Notes: generated by a model not told the origin, from the letters alone. A stretch of DNA of 32,000 nucleotides from Mycobacterium helveticum (GCF_007714205.1 NZ_VMQU01000028.1:1-32000), one strand, 5' to 3'; shown: positions 7,767 to 16,742, counted from the stretch's first letter. Translations and numbers: made by a program.

Positions 7767-8057
7767 AGCGCTTGGTGCGCAACAGCTCTCATCCATCCCT
7801 TGACCGGTAGGCGAGGCCTGTTCTCCTGCGTCGACGCCATCGGGGCCCTCGCAGATGTGCGCCCGCCGCGGGCACCTGATCACTTCCCGTCGATGTGGTT
7901 GACCGCCTCGCTGGTGCCGATACCGCGGTCGCGGCGCAATTCGCATGGTGGTCGGCGGCGGTGACCACTGAGACAGACGTGACGTCCTCGCCGTCGCGCC
8001 GACGAGCTCGGAATCCCCACCTTCATCAGTTCCACACGCGTGCCACTTGTGCACACC

Positions 8058-8071
8058 TGCATCTTGATGCA
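8058..8071. promoter_or_regulatory. Inverted repeat TGCATC-tt-GATGCA upstream of the third antitoxin gene
   Basis: 6-bp arms with a 2-nt spacer, 19 nt upstream of ATG 8090. It is preceded by the palindrome TGTGCACA (8048-8055). Confidence 0.35.
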
Positions 8072-8089
8072 CTGATGCTGGGTTGGGCC

Positions 8090-8281
8090 ATGCGCACCAC
8101 CGTTGACCTCCCCGACGACCTGCACAACCAGGCGTTGGCGATTGCGCGGGACACCCACCGCACGTTGAGCGAAACCGTCGCCGACCTCATTCGGCGCGGC
8201 CTCGGAGCCGGCGGGACCGCCGCAATCTCCCGAGACGCCAGGACGGGGTTGCCGCTGGTGAGTGTTGGGACGGTCGTGTGA
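8090..8281 (+). CDS. vapB: VapB antitoxin (MRTTVDLPDDLH type), apparently C-terminally truncated by a frameshift
   Basis: MRTTVDLPDDLHNQALAIARDTHRTLSETVADLIRRGL is a typical mycobacterial VapB N-terminus. After the stop at 8279-8281 another frame continues as TSEDVRSLEDEE and ends in a GTGA overlap with the toxin start. This implies a 1-nt loss or 2-nt gain near 8277-8280. Confidence 0.65.
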   Translation: MRTTVDLPDDLHNQALAIARDTHRTLSETVADLIRRGLGAGGTAAISRDARTGLPLVSVGTVV

Positions 8282-8315
8282 CTTCCGAGGACGTGCGGTC
8301 ATTGGAGGATGAGGA

Positions 8316-8551
8316 GTGACGGCGCTGCTCGACGCGAACGTGCGGTCGCGGGTTCGGTCCATCACGAGTTCTGGCCCGACAGTGTTTCTTTCGCAGACGT
8401 AGAAGTCACCGGTGTGGTCGGCCACCGACAGGTCACCGATGCCTACCTCGCCCAGCTTGCACGAATCCGCAACGGGCAGTTGGCGACTCTCGACAGCGGC
8501 CTGGCGCACCTGCACAGCGATGTGGCGGTACTCATTCCCACGCGAACCTGA
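8316..8551 (+). pseudogene. vapC: vapC (M. tuberculosis PIN family, TIGR00028-like) with an internal deletion/frameshift
   Basis: The N-terminus VTALLDANV (GTG 8316) is in one frame. The C-terminus VHHEFWPDSVSFADVEVTGVVGHRQVTDAYLAQLARIRNGQLATLDSGLAHLHSDVAVLIP is in another. Only ~75 codons remain where ~130 are expected, and the central FATCPITQG-type block is missing. Confidence 0.75.
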
Positions 8552-8553
8552 GG

Positions 8554-9747
8554 TCACAAAAACTTTGAACCAGTGCCCCCACCCAATTCGCGTGCCACCG
8601 CGTCGAATGCGCGCAACGTGTCCAACTGGAGCTGCGGGTCCCCGGAGTTCGGCTGGGTGGACAATTTCGCGGCCACCACCTCCGCGGAGCGGTTGACGTA
8701 GATCATCTGACCGCACATGCCCAGGCACAGCGCGACATTGTTGCCCGGGTAGGGAAACCACACCTGGTTGCGGTACATCCCGCCGGGCATGTCGGTGTCC
8801 TCGGGGCAGGCGGCGAACGCCGCACGTGAATCGGGCCCGCCGGCAAGGGTGTCGGCGATCCACGCCGCCGGCACCACCTGCTCGCCGGTCAACGAGGCAC
8901 CGTCGCGCACAAACAGCGACCCGAACCGGATCATGTCGGTCAGACAGGCGTTGATGCCGCCGTCGAAGATTCCCGTGCCGGCGGCGTCGACGCCGATGGT
9001 CGCGTCGCATTGCGCGCCGATGCGGCTCCACAGCAGCTCCGACATCAGTTCGGGCATCCGCTTGCCGCCGGCGGCCTCGCAGACCCAACCCAGCACATCG
9101 GTTTCGCACGAACGGTATTCGAACGGGCCGCCGTGCGCCGACTTGCGCCGCAGGGTCAGCAGGTAGTCCCGCAACGTCAACGGGAGGTCCGGCCTGGTCT
9201 GACGCTGCCACCCGATCACCTGCTCGCGCACGTGGATCTCCGCGTCCGGATCGCCGTAATCCTCAGAGAACAAGATCCCCGACCTCATGTCCAGCAGGTG
9301 GCGCACCGTCGCACCGGCGTAGCCGCACTCTGCCAGCACGCCAACGTAATCCGTGACCGGCGCGTCGACATCGAGCACACCGGCCCCGCACAGCGCGCCG
9401 ACCACGGCCGCCACCAGCGACTTGCTGATCGAGAACAGCAGATGCCGGGTCTGCGCGCCCATGCCGCCGAGGTACTCCTCGGCCACCAGCGCACCGCGGT
9501 GGGCGACGGCCCACCCGTCGGTACCGGTGCCGGCCATCACCGCGCCGACGGTGGTGGCCGTCCCGTCGGCTCCGGTCACCGCGATCTCGGCGATCGGCGC
9601 ACTGAGGGCGGGCAACGCCACGGCCGGTCCGGTCCCGCGCGAAATCACCGCGCTCGCCATGAAGTCGTCGATGTGCTGGAACGCCCAGTGCGAGTGCGGC
9701 GGTGACAGCCAGTTGTCCAGCGACAGGCCGGCCGGAACGCCGCTCAC
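8554..9747 (-). CDS. Serine hydrolase, beta-lactamase/transpeptidase-like family
   Basis: SxxK motif (FSISKSL). Start GTG 9747 overlaps the upstream stop in GTGA (9744-9747). The 5' extension of track ORF 8554..9915 is Arg/Pro junk overlapping the ATP-grasp gene. Confidence 0.85.
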   Translation of the reverse strand: MSGVPAGLSLDNWLSPPHSHWAFQHIDDFMASAVISRGTGPAVALPALSAPIAEIAVTGADGTATTVGAVMAGTGTDGWAVAHRGALVAEEYLGGMGAQTRHLLFSISKSLVAAVVGALCGAGVLDVDAPVTDYVGVLAECGYAGATVRHLLDMRSGILFSEDYGDPDAEIHVREQVIGWQRQTRPDLPLTLRDYLLTLRRKSAHGGPFEYRSCETDVLGWVCEAAGGKRMPELMSELLWSRIGAQCDATIGVDAAGTGIFDGGINACLTDMIRFGSLFVRDGASLTGEQVVPAAWIADTLAGGPDSRAAFAACPEDTDMPGGMYRNQVWFPYPGNNVALCLGMCGQMIYVNRSAEVVAAKLSTQPNSGDPQLQLDTLRAFDAVARELGGGTGSKFL

Positions 9748-11222
9748 GCTCGCGCGACGAGCCGCGAGACGATCGGCGTGGCCGGCGCCAGGGGAGTCGA
9801 GGCGAAGTGCGCCTTGAGGCCGTCGACCCAGCGCCGGCAGCGCTCGGTGAGCTGGTAGTCGTCGGTCTGCAGGTGCCCGGGAGTGACCAGCACGCCGAGT
9901 TGGGCTCCCTCGCAACGCAAGTCACCCGGCGCCGCCACCCGCATGTAGAACGCCTCGGAATCGTCGAGCAGCGTGGCCCAGTCGTTGCCCTGGCGCGCGA
10001 AGAAGACGCGCCCGTCCTGGTCGAGACGCCACACGCCGGTGCGCGGTGTCGCGGTGAACAGCTCGAGATCCGGCGAGGTCTCCGACATGATCAGCTGGCC
10101 CCACACCTCGTCCTCGCCGTAGCCCCGCTCCCAGCGCGCGTTGATTTCCTCGACGTCGAGCTCGTACTCCACGTCCATGTACTCGAGCAGATGGAACAGG
10201 AACAGCGGAATGTCGGCGTAGGCCTCGGTGGTCAGGTTCGTCATCGGGCTCGCGCCGGACAGGCGCGGGTTCACCTCGCCGAGGTAGAGCTCGTCGGAAT
10301 CCAGGTCGTGCAACAGATCCACCTCGAAGTAGCCGCGGTACCCCTCTCGGCTCAGCACGTCGCCCAGCTTGCGCACCATCTCCCGCGCGGCGTGTATCTG
10401 CGCGGGCGGCAGCACCTCGCGCCAGACGTCGTTGCCGCACCAGGCGCCCCGGTACGGGGTCAGCTCCGGGTAGCCGACGAGGCTCGTCATCGCGGGGCCG
10501 ATCACGGTGCCGTGGCGGGTCACCGTGCCCTCGATGCACACCTCGACATTGCGGATGCGCTTCATGACCTTGACTTCCGGTTGCCCCGCCACGCCGGCGG
10601 CGCAACTGTCCCAGTCGCGCTCGCCGCGCACGAAGAACGTCGCACTGCCGGCGTTGCCGTATGCCGCCTCGATGACGAGGTCGTCGCCCAGCCCGGCGCC
10701 GTGGGCCAGCGCCGACAGTTCCTCGTAGGAGCCGGCGCGCCCGATCACGTGCGGCACGCTGGGCACGCCCGCCTCGTCGGCCAGGCGCGTCATGACGACC
10801 TTGGAGCCCAGGCGATGCCGCAGCTCCGTCGGGGGATGCATGACGTTGAGGCCCGCCTCCCGCGCCAGGACCGCGGTCTCCTCGTCGAGCATGACGAAGC
10901 AGGCCTGGCCACCGGGCCCGTGGCGCGCGATGAAATCGAGCGTCTCGGGATCACGCAGCAGGTGGTTGCACACGTCCCCCATGCCGTCGAAATCGACGCG
11001 GTCGCGCCGGCGGGGCACGAACACGCGCGAATGCGCGCCCTCGAACGAGTCAAAGTAGGTGAGGTAGAAGAAGTTGCGTATCCAGCGGTCGATGCCGAGC
11101 AGGTTGAACGGGGTCGGTGAGATGAAGTACAGCGGCACGGTGTTGGTGTGAAAGAACGCGCGCACGTCCGAGAGGCAGGTCAGCGGGCCGCGCGGCCCGG
11201 GCCCGCCGGCGGGCAGGCTCAC
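9744..11222 (-). CDS. ATP-grasp domain protein (carboxylate-amine ligase-like), substrate unknown
   Basis: 492-aa ORF with good codon-3 GC. The central ATP-grasp-like blocks are LVIEAAYGNAGSATFFV and GYFEVDLL...LYLGEVNPRLSGASP. The start is GTG 11222; a downstream GTG at VRAFFH is an alternative. Confidence 0.8.
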   Translation of the reverse strand: MSLPAGGPGPRGPLTCLSDVRAFFHTNTVPLYFISPTPFNLLGIDRWIRNFFYLTYFDSFEGAHSRVFVPRRRDRVDFDGMGDVCNHLLRDPETLDFIARHGPGGQACFVMLDEETAVLAREAGLNVMHPPTELRHRLGSKVVMTRLADEAGVPSVPHVIGRAGSYEELSALAHGAGLGDDLVIEAAYGNAGSATFFVRGERDWDSCAAGVAGQPEVKVMKRIRNVEVCIEGTVTRHGTVIGPAMTSLVGYPELTPYRGAWCGNDVWREVLPPAQIHAAREMVRKLGDVLSREGYRGYFEVDLLHDLDSDELYLGEVNPRLSGASPMTNLTTEAYADIPLFLFHLLEYMDVEYELDVEEINARWERGYGEDEVWGQLIMSETSPDLELFTATPRTGVWRLDQDGRVFFARQGNDWATLLDDSEAFYMRVAAPGDLRCEGAQLGVLVTPGHLQTDDYQLTERCRRWVDGLKAHFASTPLAPATPIVSRLVARA

Positions 11223-11415
11223 GCCGGGCGCGCTGTGGTCGGGGACGCCAAGACGGCGGCTTGCTCACATGGCTGCATCCGACAAGTCTGCCCACGGGCG
11301 TGGGGAGTATCAAGCGCACCGGCGGCCGCGGCGGGACGCCGCTGCCCGCGTCGTCGCTGCCGACGCCAGGAGTAGCGTGCGACACACGCAGCGCCACGAA
11401 TGACAAGGAGAACCC

Positions 11416-12174
11416 ATGAGTCATGACGACGTGTTCGACGGCGCCATCGCCGCGGCCTCGCCGATCGAACAAACGGTCGCGGTGTTCATGCTGCACCCCG
11501 AGACGTTCGCCGAAAGCATCGCCGCCGGCTACCAGAACCCGCTCACCGGATACGTCGCCGGCCGCGGCGGAGTGCTGGGCGAGGCCACCGGCGCCACGGT
11601 CGGTTCGATCTTCGTCGCGTTCGAGCCCAACTTCCTGCGTGGCCTGTGGGAGGAGGGCGTCGCGGTGCGCGGCGCCGCCGGCGCGGCCGAGGTGTACTGG
11701 GACCAGATCGCCCGCTTCGCCCGCAAGCACCTGGCCGGTGCCGAAGGCCTGGACCGCATCGCGGCGCTGGGGGAGAAGATCATCGCGGCGGCACCGGACG
11801 CGGGCCTGCCGCTGTATGCCGGCTGGCGCACCATGCCGCTGGCCGACGACGCGGCGGCGCGGGCGCTGCAGGTCATGCAGGTTCTGCGCGAGCTGCGGGG
11901 CGGCGTGCATTTCAACGCCCTCACCATTTCCGGCATCACCCCGGTGGAAGCGCACATGCTCAACAAGGGCCATCAGTACGCGGCGATGTTCGGCTGGCCC
12001 GAGCCGTTCGCCGACGGCGCGGACAAGAAGGACCGCTACGCCGAGGTCGAGCGGGCGACCAACCGCCGGATGGCCGAGATTTTCGCGGCCGCGCTCACCC
12101 CCGACGAGGCCGACGAACTCGCCCGGCTCAGCGCCCGCGCCCTGGCGTCGCTGAAGGCCTCCGTCGCGACCTGA
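11416..12174 (+). CDS. Conserved hypothetical protein (resembles the actinobacterial SCO6745 family as I recall it)
   Basis: ATG 11416 is preceded by AAGGAG. 252 aa with coherent codon usage. The family assignment is from memory only. Confidence 0.8.
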   Translation: MSHDDVFDGAIAAASPIEQTVAVFMLHPETFAESIAAGYQNPLTGYVAGRGGVLGEATGATVGSIFVAFEPNFLRGLWEEGVAVRGAAGAAEVYWDQIARFARKHLAGAEGLDRIAALGEKIIAAAPDAGLPLYAGWRTMPLADDAAARALQVMQVLRELRGGVHFNALTISGITPVEAHMLNKGHQYAAMFGWPEPFADGADKKDRYAEVERATNRRMAEIFAAALTPDEADELARLSARALASLKASVAT

Positions 12175-12251
12175 ACCGCCGACGGAACGCGTGCCTCGCC
12201 GATGTGCAGATCCGCTACAGTCGGCTTCCCACCCGCCCAGGCGAGGCAACG

Positions 12252-13211
12252 ATGAGCGAAACGGCTGAGACCCCGATCGCGCTGAAGGGTCTGCACCCCA
12301 TTGGGCGCGGCGTGGAGCGCCCCGAACATGTCGTCGTGACCGGTGACGGCCGGGTCTTCGCCTCCGACAGGGCCTCTGCCGTCGCCGAACTCACCGGTGA
12401 GCACACCGTAAGGCGCATCGGTCGGGCCGGCGGCGAGCCGAACGGCTTCGCGCTCGACCGCGACGGCCACGTCCTGATCGCCAACTGGGGCGTGGGCGCG
12501 CTGCAGGAGCTCGACCCGGTGACCGGCGCGATCGCGACGCTGCTGGCCGACCAACTCGAGGGGCGGCCGCTGAAGTGGCTGAACTTCGTCCTGCTGGATT
12601 CCCTTGGGGCGCTGTGGTGTTCGGTGAGCACCACGGCCGACGATCTGCTCGACACCATCGCGCGTGGCACACCCGACGGGCACCTCTTCCGGGTGGCACC
12701 GGATCGCCGGTCGGCGCACGTGGTCGCCGACGCGGTGGGCTTCCCCAACTGCATGGCGCTGGATCGCGACGAGGCCTACCTGTACGTGGTCCGCACGCTG
12801 ACCGCCGACGTGGTGCGCTTCCCGATCCACGGCGAAACGCTCGGGCCCCAAGAGCGATTCGGCCCGCCGCTGGGGGACCGGCGCCCCGACGAGTTCGGCC
12901 CCGACGCCGGCCGCTTCCTGGCCGACCCGCAGGTGGGCCGCCGGTGGGGGATGGCCGACGGCTGCGCGTTCGATGCTGAGGGAAACCTCTGGGTCACACT
13001 CGTTTTGGCGAACAGGATCGTCGCGATCCGCCCGGACGGCACGGCGACCGTCGTGCTCGACAACCCCGACGGCGCGGCATTGCACGGCCCGACCAGCATC
13101 GCCTGGGGCGGACATGACATGCGCGACATCTACGTCGGCTCGATCCTGACCCCGCACGTGCTCAAGGGCAGAAGCTCGGTGCCGGGCCTGCCGATGGTCC
13201 ACCAGCGCTAG
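12252..13211 (+). CDS. SMP-30/gluconolactonase/LRE-family beta-propeller protein
   Basis: Internal ATG 12252 of track ORF 11646..13211. Motifs seen: repeated PNGFALDRDG, FPNCMALDRD and ADGCAFDAEGNLWV. The TAG stop shares the palindrome CTAG (13208-13211) with the convergent SDR gene. Confidence 0.85.
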   Translation: MSETAETPIALKGLHPIGRGVERPEHVVVTGDGRVFASDRASAVAELTGEHTVRRIGRAGGEPNGFALDRDGHVLIANWGVGALQELDPVTGAIATLLADQLEGRPLKWLNFVLLDSLGALWCSVSTTADDLLDTIARGTPDGHLFRVAPDRRSAHVVADAVGFPNCMALDRDEAYLYVVRTLTADVVRFPIHGETLGPQERFGPPLGDRRPDEFGPDAGRFLADPQVGRRWGMADGCAFDAEGNLWVTLVLANRIVAIRPDGTATVVLDNPDGAALHGPTSIAWGGHDMRDIYVGSILTPHVLKGRSSVPGLPMVHQR

Positions 13212-14056
13212 CCTGCTGATGGTCCCGGCCGCATGAAGGCCGGCATCGCCTCCTGCGGGTTGGCCGGGATCATCGATTCCGGCAGTCCCCACAGCTGCCG
13301 AATGGACGCACCGCCGTCGACGACCAGTGTCTGACCGGTGATGCGGGCGGCCAGTTCGGAGGACAGAAACAACGCGGCGTTGGCGACGTCGTGCGCGCGC
13401 GGCGCCGCCAGCGGGTTGATCCCGTTGACGGCGTACTCGCCGGGCGGCTGGTCCGCGTTGCCCGAGCCCACGTTGCCCGGCGCGACCGCGTTGGCCCGAA
13501 TGCCGTAGCGGCCCAGCTCGTCGGCGAAGGTCTTGACCAGCGAGATGACGCCGGCCTTGGCGGCGCCGTAGGCGGCGTGGTAGGTCGCCGCCGCGATGCC
13601 GTCGACCGAGGCGAGCGCCACCAGCGAGCCACCGCTGCGCTGGGCGATCATCTGCCGGGACACGGCCTGAAAGAGGTAGTAGACCTGGGTCAGGTTGTAG
13701 TGGATCGCCGCGTCCCACAGCTCGGCGGTGAAATCCTCGACCTTCGACCAGGTCGCACCGCCGATGATGTCGACGCACACGTCGACCCCGCCCAGCGCCG
13801 CGACGACGTCGTCGATCGCCCGACCGACCTGCTCGGGATCGGTCATGTCCGCGACGATCGGCACCGCCTGCCCGCCCCTGGCGACGATCTCGTCGGCGAC
13901 GCGATGCGCGCGCTGCTCGTCGATGTCGATGCAGGCCACCGACGCGCCCGCCTCGGCGAGAACAAGCGACGTGAACCAGCCGTGGCCCGCGCGCTCGGGC
14001 AGGTAACCCGCACCCGAGACCACCGCACGCTTACCGGACAGCCCGAAATCGATCAC
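13208..14056 (-). CDS. SDR-family oxidoreductase
   Basis: GKRAVVSGAG... nucleotide-binding start and catalytic YHAAYGAAK. GTG 14056 overlaps the upstream stop in GTGA (14053-14056). Confidence 0.9.
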   Translation of the reverse strand: MIDFGLSGKRAVVSGAGYLPERAGHGWFTSLVLAEAGASVACIDIDEQRAHRVADEIVARGGQAVPIVADMTDPEQVGRAIDDVVAALGGVDVCVDIIGGATWSKVEDFTAELWDAAIHYNLTQVYYLFQAVSRQMIAQRSGGSLVALASVDGIAAATYHAAYGAAKAGVISLVKTFADELGRYGIRANAVAPGNVGSGNADQPPGEYAVNGINPLAAPRAHDVANAALFLSSELAARITGQTLVVDGGASIRQLWGLPESMIPANPQEAMPAFMRPGPSAG

Positions 14057-15312
14057 GGCCGACCGGTACTGTCCCCGGCAGCGGTCCCGCCCCGCAGCGG
14101 CTCCGCGAGCTGCGCGCCCAGCCAGACGACCCCGCGGCCCAAGGCCGCGAGCACCTGGCCCGTCGTGGTCGCGGCCGCCCCCATGGCGGCCATCGCGGCA
14201 TCGAGCACGCTGGGAATGTGGAAGTCCTCCCACGTCTGAACCTGCTGATGGCGGGCCTTGGCGAAACTGTCGAGCTCCTCGCGCAGCGCGCACTGCTGCC
14301 TGGCCAGCGCGCGCACCGACGAGAAGCGGAAGCCGTCGATGGCCGACAGCTTCCCGAATCGGTCCAGCACGTCCTTGGCGTCCCGATAGATGCGCAGGTC
14401 CTCACCGAGATGACGCTCGACGAGCTCGCGGGCCTCGTCGATGGCCCGCAGCAGCTGCTCGGGTTGGGTCGACTCGATGCGCGCCAGGCTCAGGCGCTGC
14501 CACTTGTGCAGCGACTCCTCGGCGATCACCAGCAGGCTCAAGGCGTCGCCGATACGGTTGTCGTTCATCGCGTTTCGCAGCTTCTCGGCGCGCTGCTGCA
14601 CGGCCATCGTGTGGTCGAACGACGCCAGGCTGCGGGTGACGTGGTTGCGCAGTTGCTCGACGGTGACGTTGAGCGCCGGCCCCAGCGCGGCCACCGAATC
14701 CCAGTACGCGTCGGGCAGCGACCCGTACTTCGCCAGCGAGTCCACCATCCGCGTCACCGTCAGGTTGTTGCCCAGGACGTCGCCGGCGCGGTGCGCCCGG
14801 GCCACCTCGAGCACCGCCTCGACCTTGTCCTCCACGCGGCGGACGGCGTCCTCCACCTCGGCCACCGCGGACTTCAGCGCCATCTGCATGGCGATCAGCT
14901 GCGCCGACATCATCGCCTCGGGCCCGATCCCCGCCGGACGCCACTGCAGCGGCGCCAGGAGCCGGCCGTCGGCGGCGGGCGCCGTCAGCCGGAAGAAGCC
15001 GTTGCCGCCGGGGAGCAGCGCGCCGTTCTTCAGCGCGTCGAGGCTGTCGCGGTGCAGCTGCACGTACTTGCCGGTGTCGGCCAGCAGCGAGGCCAGCCCG
15101 GCCAGCCCGCTCGCCGCGTTCGCCACCGAGGCGCCGTCGATTCCGGCGACCCGCATCGCGTGCCCGGCGCTCGCGCGCAGCCGCGCCAGGTAGGACTCGA
15201 CGGCGGCGGGATCACCGCCCAGCAGCAGGGCCTCGTCGTGGAGGGCCACCACGACCTCGTCGGTCCCGGCATCAGTCACGGCCGACACGTCGGAAACCTC
15301 GGATGTGCTCAC
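14053..15312 (-). CDS. Hypothetical protein, ~419 aa, predicted mostly alpha-helical
   Basis: Long ORF with good codon-3 GC. GTG 15312 is preceded by AGGGG. I recognise no family motif. It is translationally coupled to the SDR gene. Confidence 0.75.
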   Translation of the reverse strand: MSTSEVSDVSAVTDAGTDEVVVALHDEALLLGGDPAAVESYLARLRASAGHAMRVAGIDGASVANAASGLAGLASLLADTGKYVQLHRDSLDALKNGALLPGGNGFFRLTAPAADGRLLAPLQWRPAGIGPEAMMSAQLIAMQMALKSAVAEVEDAVRRVEDKVEAVLEVARAHRAGDVLGNNLTVTRMVDSLAKYGSLPDAYWDSVAALGPALNVTVEQLRNHVTRSLASFDHTMAVQQRAEKLRNAMNDNRIGDALSLLVIAEESLHKWQRLSLARIESTQPEQLLRAIDEARELVERHLGEDLRIYRDAKDVLDRFGKLSAIDGFRFSSVRALARQQCALREELDSFAKARHQQVQTWEDFHIPSVLDAAMAAMGAAATTTGQVLAALGRGVVWLGAQLAEPLRGGTAAGDSTGRP

Positions 15313-15406
15313 GGCACCCCTAATGATCCGTCGGCATGCGATCGGGCAGGCCAAGAGTTAACAGGAACTTGTCGCTGGCAAACCCGGACATTACACCCAC
15401 GCACCA

Positions 15407-15440
15407 GGCGAACCCCCCGGTTCGCCGCCTGTTCGGCGGG
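15407..15440 (-). terminator. Two adjacent GC-rich hairpins downstream of the decarboxylase-like gene
   Basis: GGCGAACC-cccc-GGTTCGCC (15407-15426) is followed by CCGCC-tgttc-GGCGG (15425-15439), 63-96 nt after the stop at 15503. There is no U-tract, which is common in mycobacteria. Confidence 0.35.
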
Positions 15441-15502
15441 AATTCACCAGAACGCGCCGGCGGCCCAGCGCGGGCAGCGCGGGCTCGGCATCCCGCCGCG
15501 AA

Positions 15503-16492
15503 TCACGTGTCCAGCAACTCCGGCAGGAAGATCTGGTCGGGAGTCCAGCGCCGGTCCACCAGCCCCTGCTCGAACTGGTAGCGCAGGTTGGTGCCCAGCG
15601 CCATGCGGTTCGCGGCAATACCGTAGGGCCACCAGTCGGGGCCGAACTGCTGCGTGTTCCGCTCGAACAGCGCGTTCATCCACGGCGTCATGTTCTGCAC
15701 CTCGTAGACCCGCCGGCCGGCCCGGTAACGCTCGGCGGCGGCCTCTTTGGCCGCCACGAACGCGCGGTAGACCGCCCGCGCCACCGCGGGCTCGGCCGCG
15801 GCCGAATCCCGCCGGATCACGACGGTGTGCATCATCGGAAAGATCCCGGTGCGCCGGTGGTAGTCGCGCTCGACCGGCTCGAAGTCGGCAAACAGCCGCC
15901 GCACCGCCGGCGACCCGTCCAGCACGCACTGCGGCACGTTCGCGCTGAACAGCGCGTCGATCGCCCCGGCCTCGAGCATCGGGCCCAGCGCCGCGGGCGC
16001 GGCCGTGACGTCGACCCCGGCGGCGTGGGTCTGCGGGACGAAGTCGTAGGGCTCCATGGGGGTGTCGAGCCCGCCGACGAGCCAGCGGTTGTGCTCGGGC
16101 CGAAAGCCGTACTCGTCCATGAGGATTCCCTTGGCCCACACCCCGGAGTCCTGGCCGTAGATGCCCATCTCGCCGATGGTCCTGCCGACGAGATCGCCGG
16201 GCTCGCGGATCCCGCTCGCGGTGTTGACGAAGACGCACGAGTGGCGGAACACCCGGTTGGGAAAGACCGGGATCGCGATGAACGGCGAAGCGTCACCGAA
16301 GGTGCGCAGGTAGAACGTCAGCCCCAGTTCGGCCACGTCGAACTCGCGGCCGCGCATCATGCGTTGGAAGATCTCGGGGATCGTTGCGGCGGTCTCCATG
16401 GCGACGTCCACGCCGTCGACGGTGACGCTGCCGTCGAACAGCGCCGCCGTCGTCTCGTACCGGAAGCAGCCGATCTTCACGGGATTCCCCAT
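15503..16492 (-). CDS. 4,5-dihydroxyphthalate decarboxylase (PhtD)-like / periplasmic-binding-fold protein
   Basis: Internal ATG 16492 of track ORF 15503..16822. MGNPVKIGCFRYETTAALFDGSVTVDGVDV... matches the PhtD-like N-terminus as I recall it. The upstream part of the ORF is Arg/Pro junk. Confidence 0.75.
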   Translation of the reverse strand: MGNPVKIGCFRYETTAALFDGSVTVDGVDVAMETAATIPEIFQRMMRGREFDVAELGLTFYLRTFGDASPFIAIPVFPNRVFRHSCVFVNTASGIREPGDLVGRTIGEMGIYGQDSGVWAKGILMDEYGFRPEHNRWLVGGLDTPMEPYDFVPQTHAAGVDVTAAPAALGPMLEAGAIDALFSANVPQCVLDGSPAVRRLFADFEPVERDYHRRTGIFPMMHTVVIRRDSAAAEPAVARAVYRAFVAAKEAAAERYRAGRRVYEVQNMTPWMNALFERNTQQFGPDWWPYGIAANRMALGTNLRYQFEQGLVDRRWTPDQIFLPELLDT

Positions 16493-16742
16493 CAGTACCA
16501 GCCTTTCCGTGGTGGCGTTCGACCGCGGAGTGGGCGCGCACCGACGGCGCGACCCAGTCTTGCAGGAAGGTCCGCAACTTGGCGCCGGTGCGCCGGCGGG
16601 TGCCCGGGATCCACGATCAGCGACTGCACCGTGCGCAGCATGACCTCGACGAGCTCGTCGAACCTGTCGGCCTCGCTGGGGTCGGTGATGACGCGGACTT
16701 CGCGATGTTGTCCCGGTGCGGGCAAGGCGTCGCGGACCCGGC

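Noticed and set aside
4620-7770. The two oxidoreductase 3'-end copies read as attL/attR of an integrated element.
   Set aside because: The relic lies upstream of the intact gene's 5' end, which is the wrong geometry for insertion into a 3' end. The copies differ at about 10% of positions, and there is no integrase, excisionase or tRNA in the window.
7880-8072. Minus-strand ORF tail ending ...RDRGIGTSEAVNHIDGK*, vaguely reminiscent of an HNH or recombinase fragment in the gap before the third vapB.
   Set aside because: Only a few residues are suggestive, the rest is Arg-rich, and it has no start or partner domain.
11219-11278. 19-codon upstream ORF (MQPCEQAAVLASPTTARPA) whose TGA overlaps the GTG start of the ATP-grasp gene. 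It was considered as a possible leader or RiPP-type precursor peptide.
   Set aside because: It has no SD, and short ORFs of this length arise by chance in GC-rich DNA. The peptide lacks the Thr/Ser plus Asp/Glu-rich core typical of ATP-grasp-modified peptides, and the ATP-grasp start itself is uncertain.
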